A stretch of 64,000 bases of DNA from an uncultured Saprospiraceae bacterium (GTDB taxonomy: Bacteria; Bacteroidota; Bacteroidia; Chitinophagales; Saprospiraceae), in assembly GCA_964617515.1 (NCBI GenBank), contig CAZTXO010000005.1, positions 98-64,097 on the forward strand, read 5' to 3'. The position numbers were made by a program, and so were the translations under genes. The notes beneath the pieces are model-generated. The model was not told the DNA's origin. It did no database searches and worked only from the letters and a program-made list of their open reading frames with translations. Below, one piece after another: positions 46,932-55,367 of this stretch. Position 1 is the first letter of the stretch. Every line of letters begins with the position of its first letter.

Positions 46932-49900
46932 AGCGCGAAATAGCTACGAGTTCACCTTTGGCGGTATAGCCTGTCAGCACATAAGCTCCTTGCTGGAGGG
47001 CGCTTACATTTATATAGGCACTGCTGGCGCCTTCCGTCTGTATGCTGGCGAGACGCTGACCATAGAGGTTGATCACATCCAGGCGAGCAATACGGCCGAG
47101 CTCATCGATGCGCAGTTCGTCCGTCACCGGATTCGGTGCGACCGTCAGGTTGCGGGGCTTTTGTGGGCCGCCACCGATGCTGACCGTTCCGCATTCCCCA
47201 CCCGTCAACTGGATGTCATCAAAGTAATAGGTGACATCATTGGCCGGGATATTGTTGATATCAAAGATGAGCGTCACACGGATATATTTCCCATTGTCGG
47301 TAATCGGTGTGGTGGAGAAGTCCCAACTCAGTTCTTCCCATTCATTGGCTTTCGTGTTGGGCACCGTGTTGTCACCCGATCCGGGCGCTGGCGGGGTAGC
47401 CGTGCTGTTTTCAATTTTCATCGTCACGGAAGCCACCTGGGGCGACCAAACTTTCATCTTGACGATTTTGTCGCTGCCAAAAGCAATAATGGCAGGCAGA
47501 TCGGTATACATCCCTTGCCAGGGTTGACCGGAGGTTGATTTTTCAACAGCCTTACCCACCTTGGCGCTGGTATTGATGCCACTGGGATCCGGGTTGTCGA
47601 CCAATTCGAATTCGCCGGAATCATCCGCCGGGAAGAACCGCCATACGGTGGAGGTAAAGGCCGGTTCGTCAAAGTTCATGATGCAGCCGTTAAAGGGCGC
47701 ATGGGCAAACCGGACGTTGTCGATATAGTAATCGGTTTCCGAATCCGTATCCACACCAGCATTGAAGAAGAGGCAAACACGACGGTGATCCATGCCTTCC
47801 TGGTTGGAGAAATCAACCGAAAGCGTTTCCCATTGGCCAGGGGTGGTCACTGCGGTCCAGATTTCGGAAGCGGGACTGGACCCACCTTCGAGTTTCATCA
47901 GGACAGGCACGGCGGCCGGTGACAGGATCTGGAAGGCCAGCTGGTTAAACGCCGACAAGTCAATACCATCGGAGAAGTCAAAACAGAGAGCGGCCCAGGG
48001 CTCATGCGGTTGGTCTTTGTAAAGACCCACATACAGAGAACTGTTGGCATTGTCGACCTGTGGATTTCCGACTACGGAAAGATATTCAGCTCCGGCAAGC
48101 GGTGCATGATTGCGCTGGCACTCAAAGTCATCGATGATGTTGGCAATCTCCACGGTGCCTTCACAGGGATCGACCGTGCGCTCACTTTGCGTCAGGTTGT
48201 CGAAATAGAACGTGGCACCTTCTTCAGCAACACCGGGATTGAAGATCAGCCGGATAGAAGCCCAGTCGGTGATGGATTGATAATCGGTAAAGTCAAAGGA
48301 TAAGGTAGTCCATTGGGCGCCGACATCAATCGACCGCTCTACTTCCTTGTTGCCGCTGGAAACACTTTCCAGTTGCAGGATCACAGAACCCGGCGTGGCG
48401 GACCAGACATCGAGATTGTATTGTGGCCTGGCGGAGATGTCAATGATCCCGGGCGCTACGGCAGCCAGGGTACTGAAAGCGGACGTTCCTTTTTTGTACT
48501 CCCCGACTTTGGCGGAAGTATTGACGCCGGATGCATCCGGGTTGTCAATCACGTCAAATGTGCCGTGTAAAACCGTCTGTTGATCCAGGGGCTCCCATGG
48601 CAGGAAGGCTCCGGATTCAAAATCTTCCAGTACAAAGTTGGTCTTCTCACCCCAGGTGATGTCATCGATATAGTAGACATCTCCAGCCTGGGGATCCTGG
48701 CCGGCATTGAAGAAGAGCACGATTTTTTTATGGCTGTTGAGCGCTTCACCGCTGAAGTCAATTTCATATTGTACCCACGCGTTGGCTTCGGGAACATCCA
48801 TCCATATCTCTTTCGCAGGCGATGCACCCCCTTCCAGTTTAAACAGGATGGGGACGACACGGGGTGACCAGATTTTGACCTTCAGTTGATTTTTGACGCT
48901 GAGGTCAATTGGATTTTCATGATCGAGCAGGAGCGCAGCCCATTGTTCAGTGACAGGGTCCACATATTTCCCCACCTTCGCAGATGTATTGACCGCGTCG
49001 GGAGCCGGGTTGTTGACGACACTCAGGCTGTCCCAGCCATTGACATAGGTGGCATTGCGGTTGCACTCGAAGTCATCGATGATGGATGGATCCGGCGTAA
49101 CGTTTTTACACGGACCTTGTGGCAAGGCTACCAGGTTGTCGAAGTAGTAGGTATCGGCACTCATTTCGACGCCCGGATCAAAGAAAAGAATGACTTTGCT
49201 CAAACCGCCGTTGTCTGCCGCGGCAGAAAAGTCAAATGTGTAATCCTGCCATTCGTTCGTCAGTCCGATATTCTTCGTCTTTTCGATCGCGCCGCCGGTT
49301 CCTTCGAGTTTGAGCAGTACCTGGGTAGGTGCCTGCGCGCGGACATTCAGATGAAACTGGTTGAGGATGGTTAAATCAAAAGGCGTGCCCCGGTCAGCCA
49401 ATAACAGGCTATACGAATGGGTACCGGATTTGACATACTGGCCACAATTGTCCGAACCGTTGACGGAATTTGAATCCGGGTTGGCCACGGGACCATTGAA
49501 GGTGCCGTCCAGTGCGTTCCAGGGAAGCGCGTTTCCGTTTTCAAAGGTTTCATATTCCTCGCGGGCTTCATAACCCACGATGTCGTCGAAGTAGAATGTC
49601 TCGGTGCTGCCGAGAATGAACGGATTGAAGGAGACCAGTACTTTGTCGAGACCCGTGTAAGGAGCTCCGGCACTGACGTCGAAACTGTATTCCACCCATT
49701 GATTCGCCACCGTGATATCGCGGAACATTTCCACGGCGTTGCCACCGCCCTCAAACTTGAAGAGCACTTTGGTCGGGGCAATGGGGGAATAGACCTTCAT
49801 TTTGATCAGGTTGAATTTGCTCAGATCAGCGGGGCTGCCAAGCGTGCCAAGGGCAAAACAAAAATCAAAGCTGGGATCATTGGTATACGAACCAACCCAC

Positions 49901-50073
49901 TGACTGGCGTTGACGGGATCCTGGAACGGATTGGCCACGACGCCGTTGTAAATACCGTTGAGCCCGGCCCAGGCGATATCTGCCGTGCCACCTTCGAAAT
50001 CTTCGTAGGTGACCTGGGCGCGGATCGAGGTCCAGGAGGTGAAAACAAGAATGAAGAGTAATGCTTTTTTCAT
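46918..50073 (-). CDS. 1051-aa surface/secreted protein: six tandem ~150-167-aa repeats plus T9SS C-terminal sorting domain
   Basis: Has a signal peptide. Repeats cover aa 21-170, 171-320, 321-477, 478-632, 633-792 and 793-959. They share F(E/D)..., NP...N(T/A)S..VG.Y, W(S/A)P...(F/L)K(L/F)EG and (Y/F)Y(F/I)D(D/N). The CTD is aa 960-1051 (APNPVTDELRI...AYVLTGY). Confidence 0.7.
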   Translation of the reverse strand: MKKALLFILVFTSWTSIRAQVTYEDFEGGTADIAWAGLNGIYNGVVANPFQDPVNASQWVGSYTNDPSFDFCFALGTLGSPADLSKFNLIKMKVYSPIAPTKVLFKFEGGGNAVEMFRDITVANQWVEYSFDVSAGAPYTGLDKVLVSFNPFILGSTETFYFDDIVGYEAREEYETFENGNALPWNALDGTFNGPVANPDSNSVNGSDNCGQYVKSGTHSYSLLLADRGTPFDLTILNQFHLNVRAQAPTQVLLKLEGTGGAIEKTKNIGLTNEWQDYTFDFSAAADNGGLSKVILFFDPGVEMSADTYYFDNLVALPQGPCKNVTPDPSIIDDFECNRNATYVNGWDSLSVVNNPAPDAVNTSAKVGKYVDPVTEQWAALLLDHENPIDLSVKNQLKVKIWSPRVVPILFKLEGGASPAKEIWMDVPEANAWVQYEIDFSGEALNSHKKIVLFFNAGQDPQAGDVYYIDDITWGEKTNFVLEDFESGAFLPWEPLDQQTVLHGTFDVIDNPDASGVNTSAKVGEYKKGTSAFSTLAAVAPGIIDISARPQYNLDVWSATPGSVILQLESVSSGNKEVERSIDVGAQWTTLSFDFTDYQSITDWASIRLIFNPGVAEEGATFYFDNLTQSERTVDPCEGTVEIANIIDDFECQRNHAPLAGAEYLSVVGNPQVDNANSSLYVGLYKDQPHEPWAALCFDFSDGIDLSAFNQLAFQILSPAAVPVLMKLEGGSSPASEIWTAVTTPGQWETLSVDFSNQEGMDHRRVCLFFNAGVDTDSETDYYIDNVRFAHAPFNGCIMNFDEPAFTSTVWRFFPADDSGEFELVDNPDPSGINTSAKVGKAVEKSTSGQPWQGMYTDLPAIIAFGSDKIVKMKVWSPQVASVTMKIENSTATPPAPGSGDNTVPNTKANEWEELSWDFSTTPITDNGKYIRVTLIFDINNIPANDVTYYFDDIQLTGGECGTVSIGGGPQKPRNLTVAPNPVTDELRIDELGRIARLDVINLYGQRLASIQTEGASSAYINVSALQQGAYVLTGYTAKGELVAISRFVKL

Positions 50074-50190
50074 ATCGGATGTAATTAGATGAATGTGTTA
50101 AAATGGATGAACCACTAAGTTAGAAAAAGCACCTTAAGAATAAAGGCTCGCCGGAGAGCAGAAAAGGATGAATGGGGCAAAATCGCGGAC

Positions 50191-50211
50191 AGAATAAAAA
50201 ACTTTTATTCT
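50191..50211 (-). terminator. 9-bp perfect hairpin downstream of 50323-52155
   Basis: agaataaaa-aac-ttttattct, in an AT-rich spacer about 110 nt after the stop codon. Confidence 0.35.
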
Positions 50212-50322
50212 AAGGTCTGCAATAAGAGGTAAGTATAAATTATAAGGAATTGTAATTAAACATGGGGAGAATGAAAAAAGATGGAATTTTTGATCGTGCC
50301 ACCGGCACTTATTTGTCCGTGC

Positions 50323-52155
50323 CTAGCGGATCCAGACCGGAATGGCTTCCCGATGGCCGGTTTGGTCTGTCAGCACGACCCAAATCCAGCCATGCAAGCG
50401 TCCTCCCAGAGAAGCATCCAGGTCGATCCCATCTCCCTGAAGTTGGCGTGCCTGAAGTAAAATTTCTTTGCCTGAAGGATCCACGAGGGAAACGGAATAA
50501 GCGGAGTGATGGGAATTATCCTCCAGCTTAACCGATATCATGCCATCGGTCACCGAAGGAAAGACACTCCATTCAAATGTTGCTTCCTTTAGATCCGTAG
50601 TAGCGACGGTTGAATCAGGCACAAAACCAATAGCGTCCAGTGCCGGCTGGATCTCCGGATTGGACATGAACAGTGACCATAGGAGCCCGGAGCGGTAATT
50701 TTCGATCATGTTGATGATCGGTCCCTGGTCGATTGCCAGGTAGGAATCCGCGTACCAGTTTTCCTTTACATTGAAGGCATCCGTGAAACCGTATTCACCC
50801 CAGATGTGTTCGCCATAGGTGCGGTACAGGTTCTTGAGCAGGCTGATACTTTCTGCAGGCGTATAAGGCATGGATGGTATCCCGGCTGCCGGGGTGATGG
50901 TGCCATTGTCCGCGGGGCTTCCGGGGGCATGTGCGAGGTATCCCCACGGGTCATCACTGGCTGTGAGTCCCCAGGTACTTTCATTGTAGCCCGCGTGATG
51001 AAAAGGATTCAGGATGCACCACGAACGGTTGATGAGCGTGTGGTTTCGGTTTTGTAAAAAATAATTGGCATAGGCATCCTTTATGCCACGGGGATCAAAA
51101 CCCATGAAGGAATAATGACCAAAGAAGAGCGGACCACCCATCGGTGGGCCTACTAACAACTTGGTGCCATACCAGGTGTTGCCATTCACATATCCCGCTT
51201 TAGCCCAACCGGTGTGATAATAGGAAGCATCCACTGGATGGGTGGGGGATGCTATCCCGAGCAGGTACATAATTAACGCCTCATTATATCCATGGACGGG
51301 AAAATTCATCTGCCATCCGTAATCCGGTGACCAATGCCAGTATAATACGCCGGAGTTATTGCGCGAATAGTGATCCCATTCCACCGCTTCCCATAAGGAG
51401 GTGATCACCTCACGGATGGTATTTTCTTTCGGTGTATCCGCATCAAAGTAGGCCCTGGCGCAAAGCAGGCCTTCCATCAGGAAGGCGGTTTCGACCAGGT
51501 CGCCCCCATTATCAAACGTGCTGAAGGGAATGGCGTTTCCGTTCTGGCCATTCATCCAATGGGGGAATGCCCCGTGAAACCGGTCCGCGATCTGCAGGAA
51601 GGAGACGATCTTGAGCATGCGGCTGACGCCCGCTTCCCGGGTGATCCATCCACGCTCAATCCCGACGAGGAGTGCCATGATGCCAAAGCCACTGCCACCG
51701 GTCGTGACCACATCACCACTGTTGTAGCGTTCACGCGCCATACCGCTGGCGGGGTGACCATAATCGTAGAAATACCGGAACGTGGATTGCTGGACCATGT
51801 CCAGGAACTGGTCATCGGACATGAAAGATTCCACGATGTCCGCCGTATCCGAATACTGGATCAACGTGCCCGGCACATTGAGCGCACGGACAAAGTACGC
51901 ATAGGACCTGTCCCCGCCCGTGCCCACGCCGGTCCAGTCGAGCCAGTATTGTTTTTGTGTGGTTGTCAGCAGGCTGAAGGCAGGATCCCCTGGACCTTTT
52001 CTCCACACCTGGTAGCGATCCGCTCCGGCATAGGAATTCCACCGGATCTCCGCATGCCGTTCATACCCCTGGCCGGTGACCGTGATGCCCTGGGCCGAAA
52101 GAAGGACCGGCACCACGTGTAGCAACAGAAACAAAATCACCACAGCATTTCTCAT
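50323..52155 (-). CDS. glucoamylase-like (GH144-type candidate) enzyme with N-terminal Fn3-like domain and T9SS C-terminal sorting domain
   Basis: FRYFYDYGHPASGMARER, TTGGSGFGIMALLVG and HGAFPHWMNGQNG. The N-terminal AEIRWNSYAGADRYQVWR is Fn3-like. The last ~80 aa are beta-rich and CTD-like. Confidence 0.55.
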   Translation of the reverse strand: MRNAVVILFLLLHVVPVLLSAQGITVTGQGYERHAEIRWNSYAGADRYQVWRKGPGDPAFSLLTTTQKQYWLDWTGVGTGGDRSYAYFVRALNVPGTLIQYSDTADIVESFMSDDQFLDMVQQSTFRYFYDYGHPASGMARERYNSGDVVTTGGSGFGIMALLVGIERGWITREAGVSRMLKIVSFLQIADRFHGAFPHWMNGQNGNAIPFSTFDNGGDLVETAFLMEGLLCARAYFDADTPKENTIREVITSLWEAVEWDHYSRNNSGVLYWHWSPDYGWQMNFPVHGYNEALIMYLLGIASPTHPVDASYYHTGWAKAGYVNGNTWYGTKLLVGPPMGGPLFFGHYSFMGFDPRGIKDAYANYFLQNRNHTLINRSWCILNPFHHAGYNESTWGLTASDDPWGYLAHAPGSPADNGTITPAAGIPSMPYTPAESISLLKNLYRTYGEHIWGEYGFTDAFNVKENWYADSYLAIDQGPIINMIENYRSGLLWSLFMSNPEIQPALDAIGFVPDSTVATTDLKEATFEWSVFPSVTDGMISVKLEDNSHHSAYSVSLVDPSGKEILLQARQLQGDGIDLDASLGGRLHGWIWVVLTDQTGHREAIPVWIR

Positions 52156-52159
52156 ACTC

Positions 52160-52167
52160 CAAAATTA
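52160..52167 (-). promoter_or_regulatory. TAnnTTTG box 4 nt upstream of the ATG at 52155
   Basis: The plus strand reads caaaatta, which is taattttg on the minus strand, followed by gagt then ATG. Confidence 0.4.
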
Positions 52168-52289
52168 GGGGATTAATGGCAGAGTTTTTTTCTCACGGAG
52201 GCAACGAAGGTCACGGAGAAGAATTCTTGTCAAAATTATTAACCACAATAATAAAAACAGGATCAGTTGATTGGTGTTGTGGCAGCTCT

Positions 52290-52297
52290 TATTTTTG
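52290..52297 (+). promoter_or_regulatory. TAnnTTTG box upstream of GxxExxY gene
   Basis: tatttttg, 20 nt before the ATG at 52318. Confidence 0.4.
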
Positions 52298-52317
52298 GTA
52301 CGATCATCCTTTACCAG

Positions 52318-52704
52318 ATGAAACATGAAGAACTCACTTCTGAAATTATTGGCATTTGCATTCAAGTCCATAACAAGTTAGGGCCAGGACTCCTTGAGGT
52401 TATCTACGAAAAAGCCATTTGCATCGAATTGGAAAAACGGGGGATCCCCTACCAAAGACAACATCCCATTCATGCCTTTTATGATGATAACGATTCAGGG
52501 GAGGGATACCGGGCAGATATAATCGTAGAAAAGAAGGTATTGCTGGAAATTAAAAGCACGGAATCCATCACTCCTGTCATCCCCAAAATTGTGCTGACCT
52601 ATCTCAAATTCGCCAAACTTGAGGTTGGCTTGCTGATCAATTTCAGGGTTAAATCACTTCGGGAGGGCATTACCAGGTTGATTCGGGATAAAGCAACATT
52701 TTAA
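52318..52704 (+). CDS. GxxExxY family protein (PD-(D/E)XK-like)
   Basis: MKHEELTSEIIGICIQVHNKLGPGLLEVIYEKAI contains the eponymous G-L-L-E-V-I-Y. The length of 128 aa is typical. The gene is lower in GC than its neighbours. Confidence 0.8.
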   Translation: MKHEELTSEIIGICIQVHNKLGPGLLEVIYEKAICIELEKRGIPYQRQHPIHAFYDDNDSGEGYRADIIVEKKVLLEIKSTESITPVIPKIVLTYLKFAKLEVGLLINFRVKSLREGITRLIRDKATF

Positions 52705-52737
52705 TCCCTCTGTGTCCTCATTGCGCCATATAAAAGC

Positions 52738-52974
52738 CTAAGGCTTCCGGATCTGGTTTTTAATGGCCTGGATGAGTTGGGAAGAATTGTCCGGCCGGTA
52801 AATGTGTTGTTTGATTTTGTCACGGATCGTCAGTTCGTGTTGGTAGGCCTGTTGGTAAGCCGGATCGCTGCTGACTTTTTGGAGAAACTCATCCCGGGAC
52901 TGGGGATCGAGGACCTGGTCGAAAAACATTTCGACCTGTTTTTTCAAATCGGTGTGAGCGTTGATGTGCTTCAT
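52738..52974 (-). CDS. small soluble protein downstream of ECF sigma, possible Cys-less anti-sigma domain
   Basis: 78 aa with no TM segment. FFDQVLDPQSRDEFLQKVSSDPAYQQAYQHE resembles the helical anti-sigma N-domain layout but lacks the HxxxCxxC Zn motif. Confidence 0.35.
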   Translation of the reverse strand: MKHINAHTDLKKQVEMFFDQVLDPQSRDEFLQKVSSDPAYQQAYQHELTIRDKIKQHIYRPDNSSQLIQAIKNQIRKP

Positions 52975-53054
52975 GTTTCCGCGTTTAACATTCCTGAGTC
53001 GGTCAGGGCTTAAGATGAAAGGATCAATTCATTCCGTTTGTCATCAACCAGGTA

Positions 53055-53693
53055 TTATTCTTCTTCGTCTTCGGTTTCGTGGGAGGGAGAGGATTTCAGT
53101 CGCTGGCTTCGTTTCTGACCGCGGACATCCACATAGCCATGCTTTTTTGCATAATCGGTCAGTCTTTCTTTCAGCAGGTTGCGCGCCCTGAACAACCGGG
53201 AGCGAACCGTGCCGATGGGTACGTCGATGATGCTCGCGATCTCTTCGTAGGTAAAACCCTCGATATCGCATAGCAGGATCACGGTGCGGAAATCGATCGG
53301 GAGGCTGTTGATCGCCATCGTCACTTCATCCCCCATCATGTGCTGGAAAATCTCTTCCCGCAGGTCGCTATAGCCCGTCAGGTGATCATCATCCGTATCG
53401 TGGTAGGTGACAATCTCCTCAAAATCAACTTTGGAGGGCTGTTTAACCTTCTTCCTATATTCATTTATATAGGCGTTCTTGAGGATTTTAAACAGCCATG
53501 CTTTGGCATTAGTTCCCTTTTCGTACTTATCGATAAAGCGGTAGGCCTTCAGATAGGTCTCCTGGACAAGATCATCCGCATCTTCCTGGTTGTACGTCAG
53601 GTGGTAAGCGAATGTCTGCAGGGCCCCGACGTGCGGCAGCATTTCCTGTTCGAAGAGAAGGTCGTTGGCTGATTTCCCGGGTTTTTTAGCCAT
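53055..53693 (-). CDS. ECF-type RNA polymerase sigma-70 factor
   Basis: I chose the start at MAKKPGKS. Region 2 is DADDLVQETYLKAYRF and region 4 is FTYEEIASIIDVPIGTVRSRLFRAR. Confidence 0.88.
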   Translation of the reverse strand: MAKKPGKSANDLLFEQEMLPHVGALQTFAYHLTYNQEDADDLVQETYLKAYRFIDKYEKGTNAKAWLFKILKNAYINEYRKKVKQPSKVDFEEIVTYHDTDDDHLTGYSDLREEIFQHMMGDEVTMAINSLPIDFRTVILLCDIEGFTYEEIASIIDVPIGTVRSRLFRARNLLKERLTDYAKKHGYVDVRGQKRSQRLKSSPSHETEDEEE

Positions 53694-53786
53694 GCCCTGC
53701 TGAAGGAGATGTTTACCGGCGTGAAAGTATGTAAAAAAGCGTGTTTTAAACGGAAGAAGGCATTTATCCGGTTGTTCGTATCCTTT

Positions 53787-53794
53787 TAGCTTTG
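53787..53794 (+). promoter_or_regulatory. TAnnTTTG box 5 nt upstream of trmB ATG
   Basis: tagctttg followed by ccgcc then the ATG at 53800. Confidence 0.4.
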
Positions 53795-53799
53795 CCGCC

Positions 53800-54486
53800 A
53801 TGGGACGTAAGAGCAAACTCAGGCGATTTGCGGAGGTGGCCACCTTTCCGAACGTCTTCGAGCATGTGCAGGGAGAGGGCTTCCGGGTCTCCAATGACGG
53901 CTCGCATGCCGAAGATCTGAAAGGACGATGGGCCGGCTATTATTTCAAAAATCAGCACCCGATTGTGCTTGAACTGGCCTGCGGTAAAGGGGAGTATACC
54001 CTGGCGCTGGCCCAGGCGGATCCCGCACGGAATCATATCGGGGTCGACATCAAGGGCGCCCGCATCTGGAAAGGCGCCCGGAAAGGATTGGAGCAGGCTG
54101 TTCATAACGCCGCATTCCTCCGCACCCGCATTGAGTTTATTGAACACTTTTTCGCCCCCGGCGAGATTGCCGAGATCTGGATCACGTTTCCCGATCCTTT
54201 CGAAAAGAAGCCCAACCGCCGGCTGACCTCAGCCCCTTTCCTCGAACGGTACCGGAAGATCCTCAGGCCCGGTGGCATCCTTCATCTCAAGACCGATTCG
54301 TACCTGCTCTATGATTTTACCCTGGACGTGATTCATGCCGATCCGCGATGCCATGTCCTGTATGCCAATCCGGATATCTACAGCGGTCCGCTCTATGACC
54401 CGGTGCTGGAGCATAAGACTTTCTATGAGACGCAGCATTTGGCGGAGGGGAGAAAAATTACATACGTGAAGTTTGTCATTGGGTAG
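53800..54486 (+). CDS. trmB: tRNA (guanine-N7)-methyltransferase
   Basis: Motifs: VLELACGKGEYTLALA, ITFPDPF and KTDS. Confidence 0.9.
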   Translation: MGRKSKLRRFAEVATFPNVFEHVQGEGFRVSNDGSHAEDLKGRWAGYYFKNQHPIVLELACGKGEYTLALAQADPARNHIGVDIKGARIWKGARKGLEQAVHNAAFLRTRIEFIEHFFAPGEIAEIWITFPDPFEKKPNRRLTSAPFLERYRKILRPGGILHLKTDSYLLYDFTLDVIHADPRCHVLYANPDIYSGPLYDPVLEHKTFYETQHLAEGRKITYVKFVIG

Positions 54487-54575
54487 GACGCCAGGCGGTG
54501 TAGGGCCCATCTGGCATCTCATCGTCTGGCATCTGGTATCTACCTCTCCGGAATCTGACCGCCGGGCACCTTCCG

Positions 54576-55085
54576 TTAGGAAAGCTCCAACACTTCGACC
54601 AGGTCTCCCTGCTTCATATACTGGCCAGGGGATTCATGGCTGAGGAGCCATCGCTTGACCTCTAATCCATAATAATACCCGGTGAGGCTCCCGTCTTTGC
54701 CGATGACCCGGTGGCAGGGAACGATGATCGGGAGCGGATTCATGCCATTGGCATGCCCCACGGCACGAAAGGCATTGTGATGATCGATTATCTCCGCGAT
54801 GTCAGCATAGGTGCGGACACGGCCATAGGGGATCAGCCGGACCATTTTCCATACTTCCTGGTGAAAAGGCGGAGCATCGCCGAAATCGAGCCTGAGGTCA
54901 AACTCTTTACGGGTGCCGGCAAAGTACTCTTTTAACTGGTCAGCGCAATCCCGGAGGTAATCCGGTATGTCGGCTGAAGTGTCTACCGGTTCATCCACCA
55001 TCAGCTGAACGCGGCAGATGCCGTTTTCCGAGCCTTCGATTCGGATGTGGCCGATGGGGGAGTCAATGACCGTATGCTGGACCAT
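54576..55085 (-). CDS. ogt: methylated-DNA--protein-cysteine methyltransferase
   Basis: Active-site IVPCHRVIGKDGSLTGY. Confidence 0.9.
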   Translation of the reverse strand: MVQHTVIDSPIGHIRIEGSENGICRVQLMVDEPVDTSADIPDYLRDCADQLKEYFAGTRKEFDLRLDFGDAPPFHQEVWKMVRLIPYGRVRTYADIAEIIDHHNAFRAVGHANGMNPLPIIVPCHRVIGKDGSLTGYYYGLEVKRWLLSHESPGQYMKQGDLVEVLELS

Positions 55086-55210
55086 GTGGAGAGTTCACTT
55101 TGGGAGGTTACAAAGGCGAAATATAGGAAAAAGGCTCATATTATATTTTCATCATATATACAGCCAGGACTCGCCGACCTGCCCTTGCCCCCCGATCCGT
55201 TTCTTTGCAA

Positions 55211-55218
55211 TACCTTTG
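55211..55218 (+). promoter_or_regulatory. TAnnTTTG box 5 nt upstream of the ATG at 55224
   Basis: tacctttg followed by ccggt then ATG. Confidence 0.35.
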
Positions 55219-55223
55219 CCGGT

Positions 55224-55367
55224 ATGAAATTCATCCTTTTCCTGCTGGGCATCTACCTGTTTTACAGGTACTTCCTTCGTCCCCCGCAGAAACTCCCGCC
55301 CCCGCAGGAGCCGGATATATTCATCCATCATGAAGAGGTCAAACGGGAGCATGAAAAAAATAAGTGA
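55224..55367 (+). CDS. possible 47-aa single-pass membrane protein
   Basis: MKFILFLLGIYLFYRYFL followed by a Pro/charged tail. It is the internal ATG of ORF 55047-55367 and overlaps the next gene. No family is recognised. Confidence 0.25.
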   Translation: MKFILFLLGIYLFYRYFLRPPQKLPPPQEPDIFIHHEEVKREHEKNK

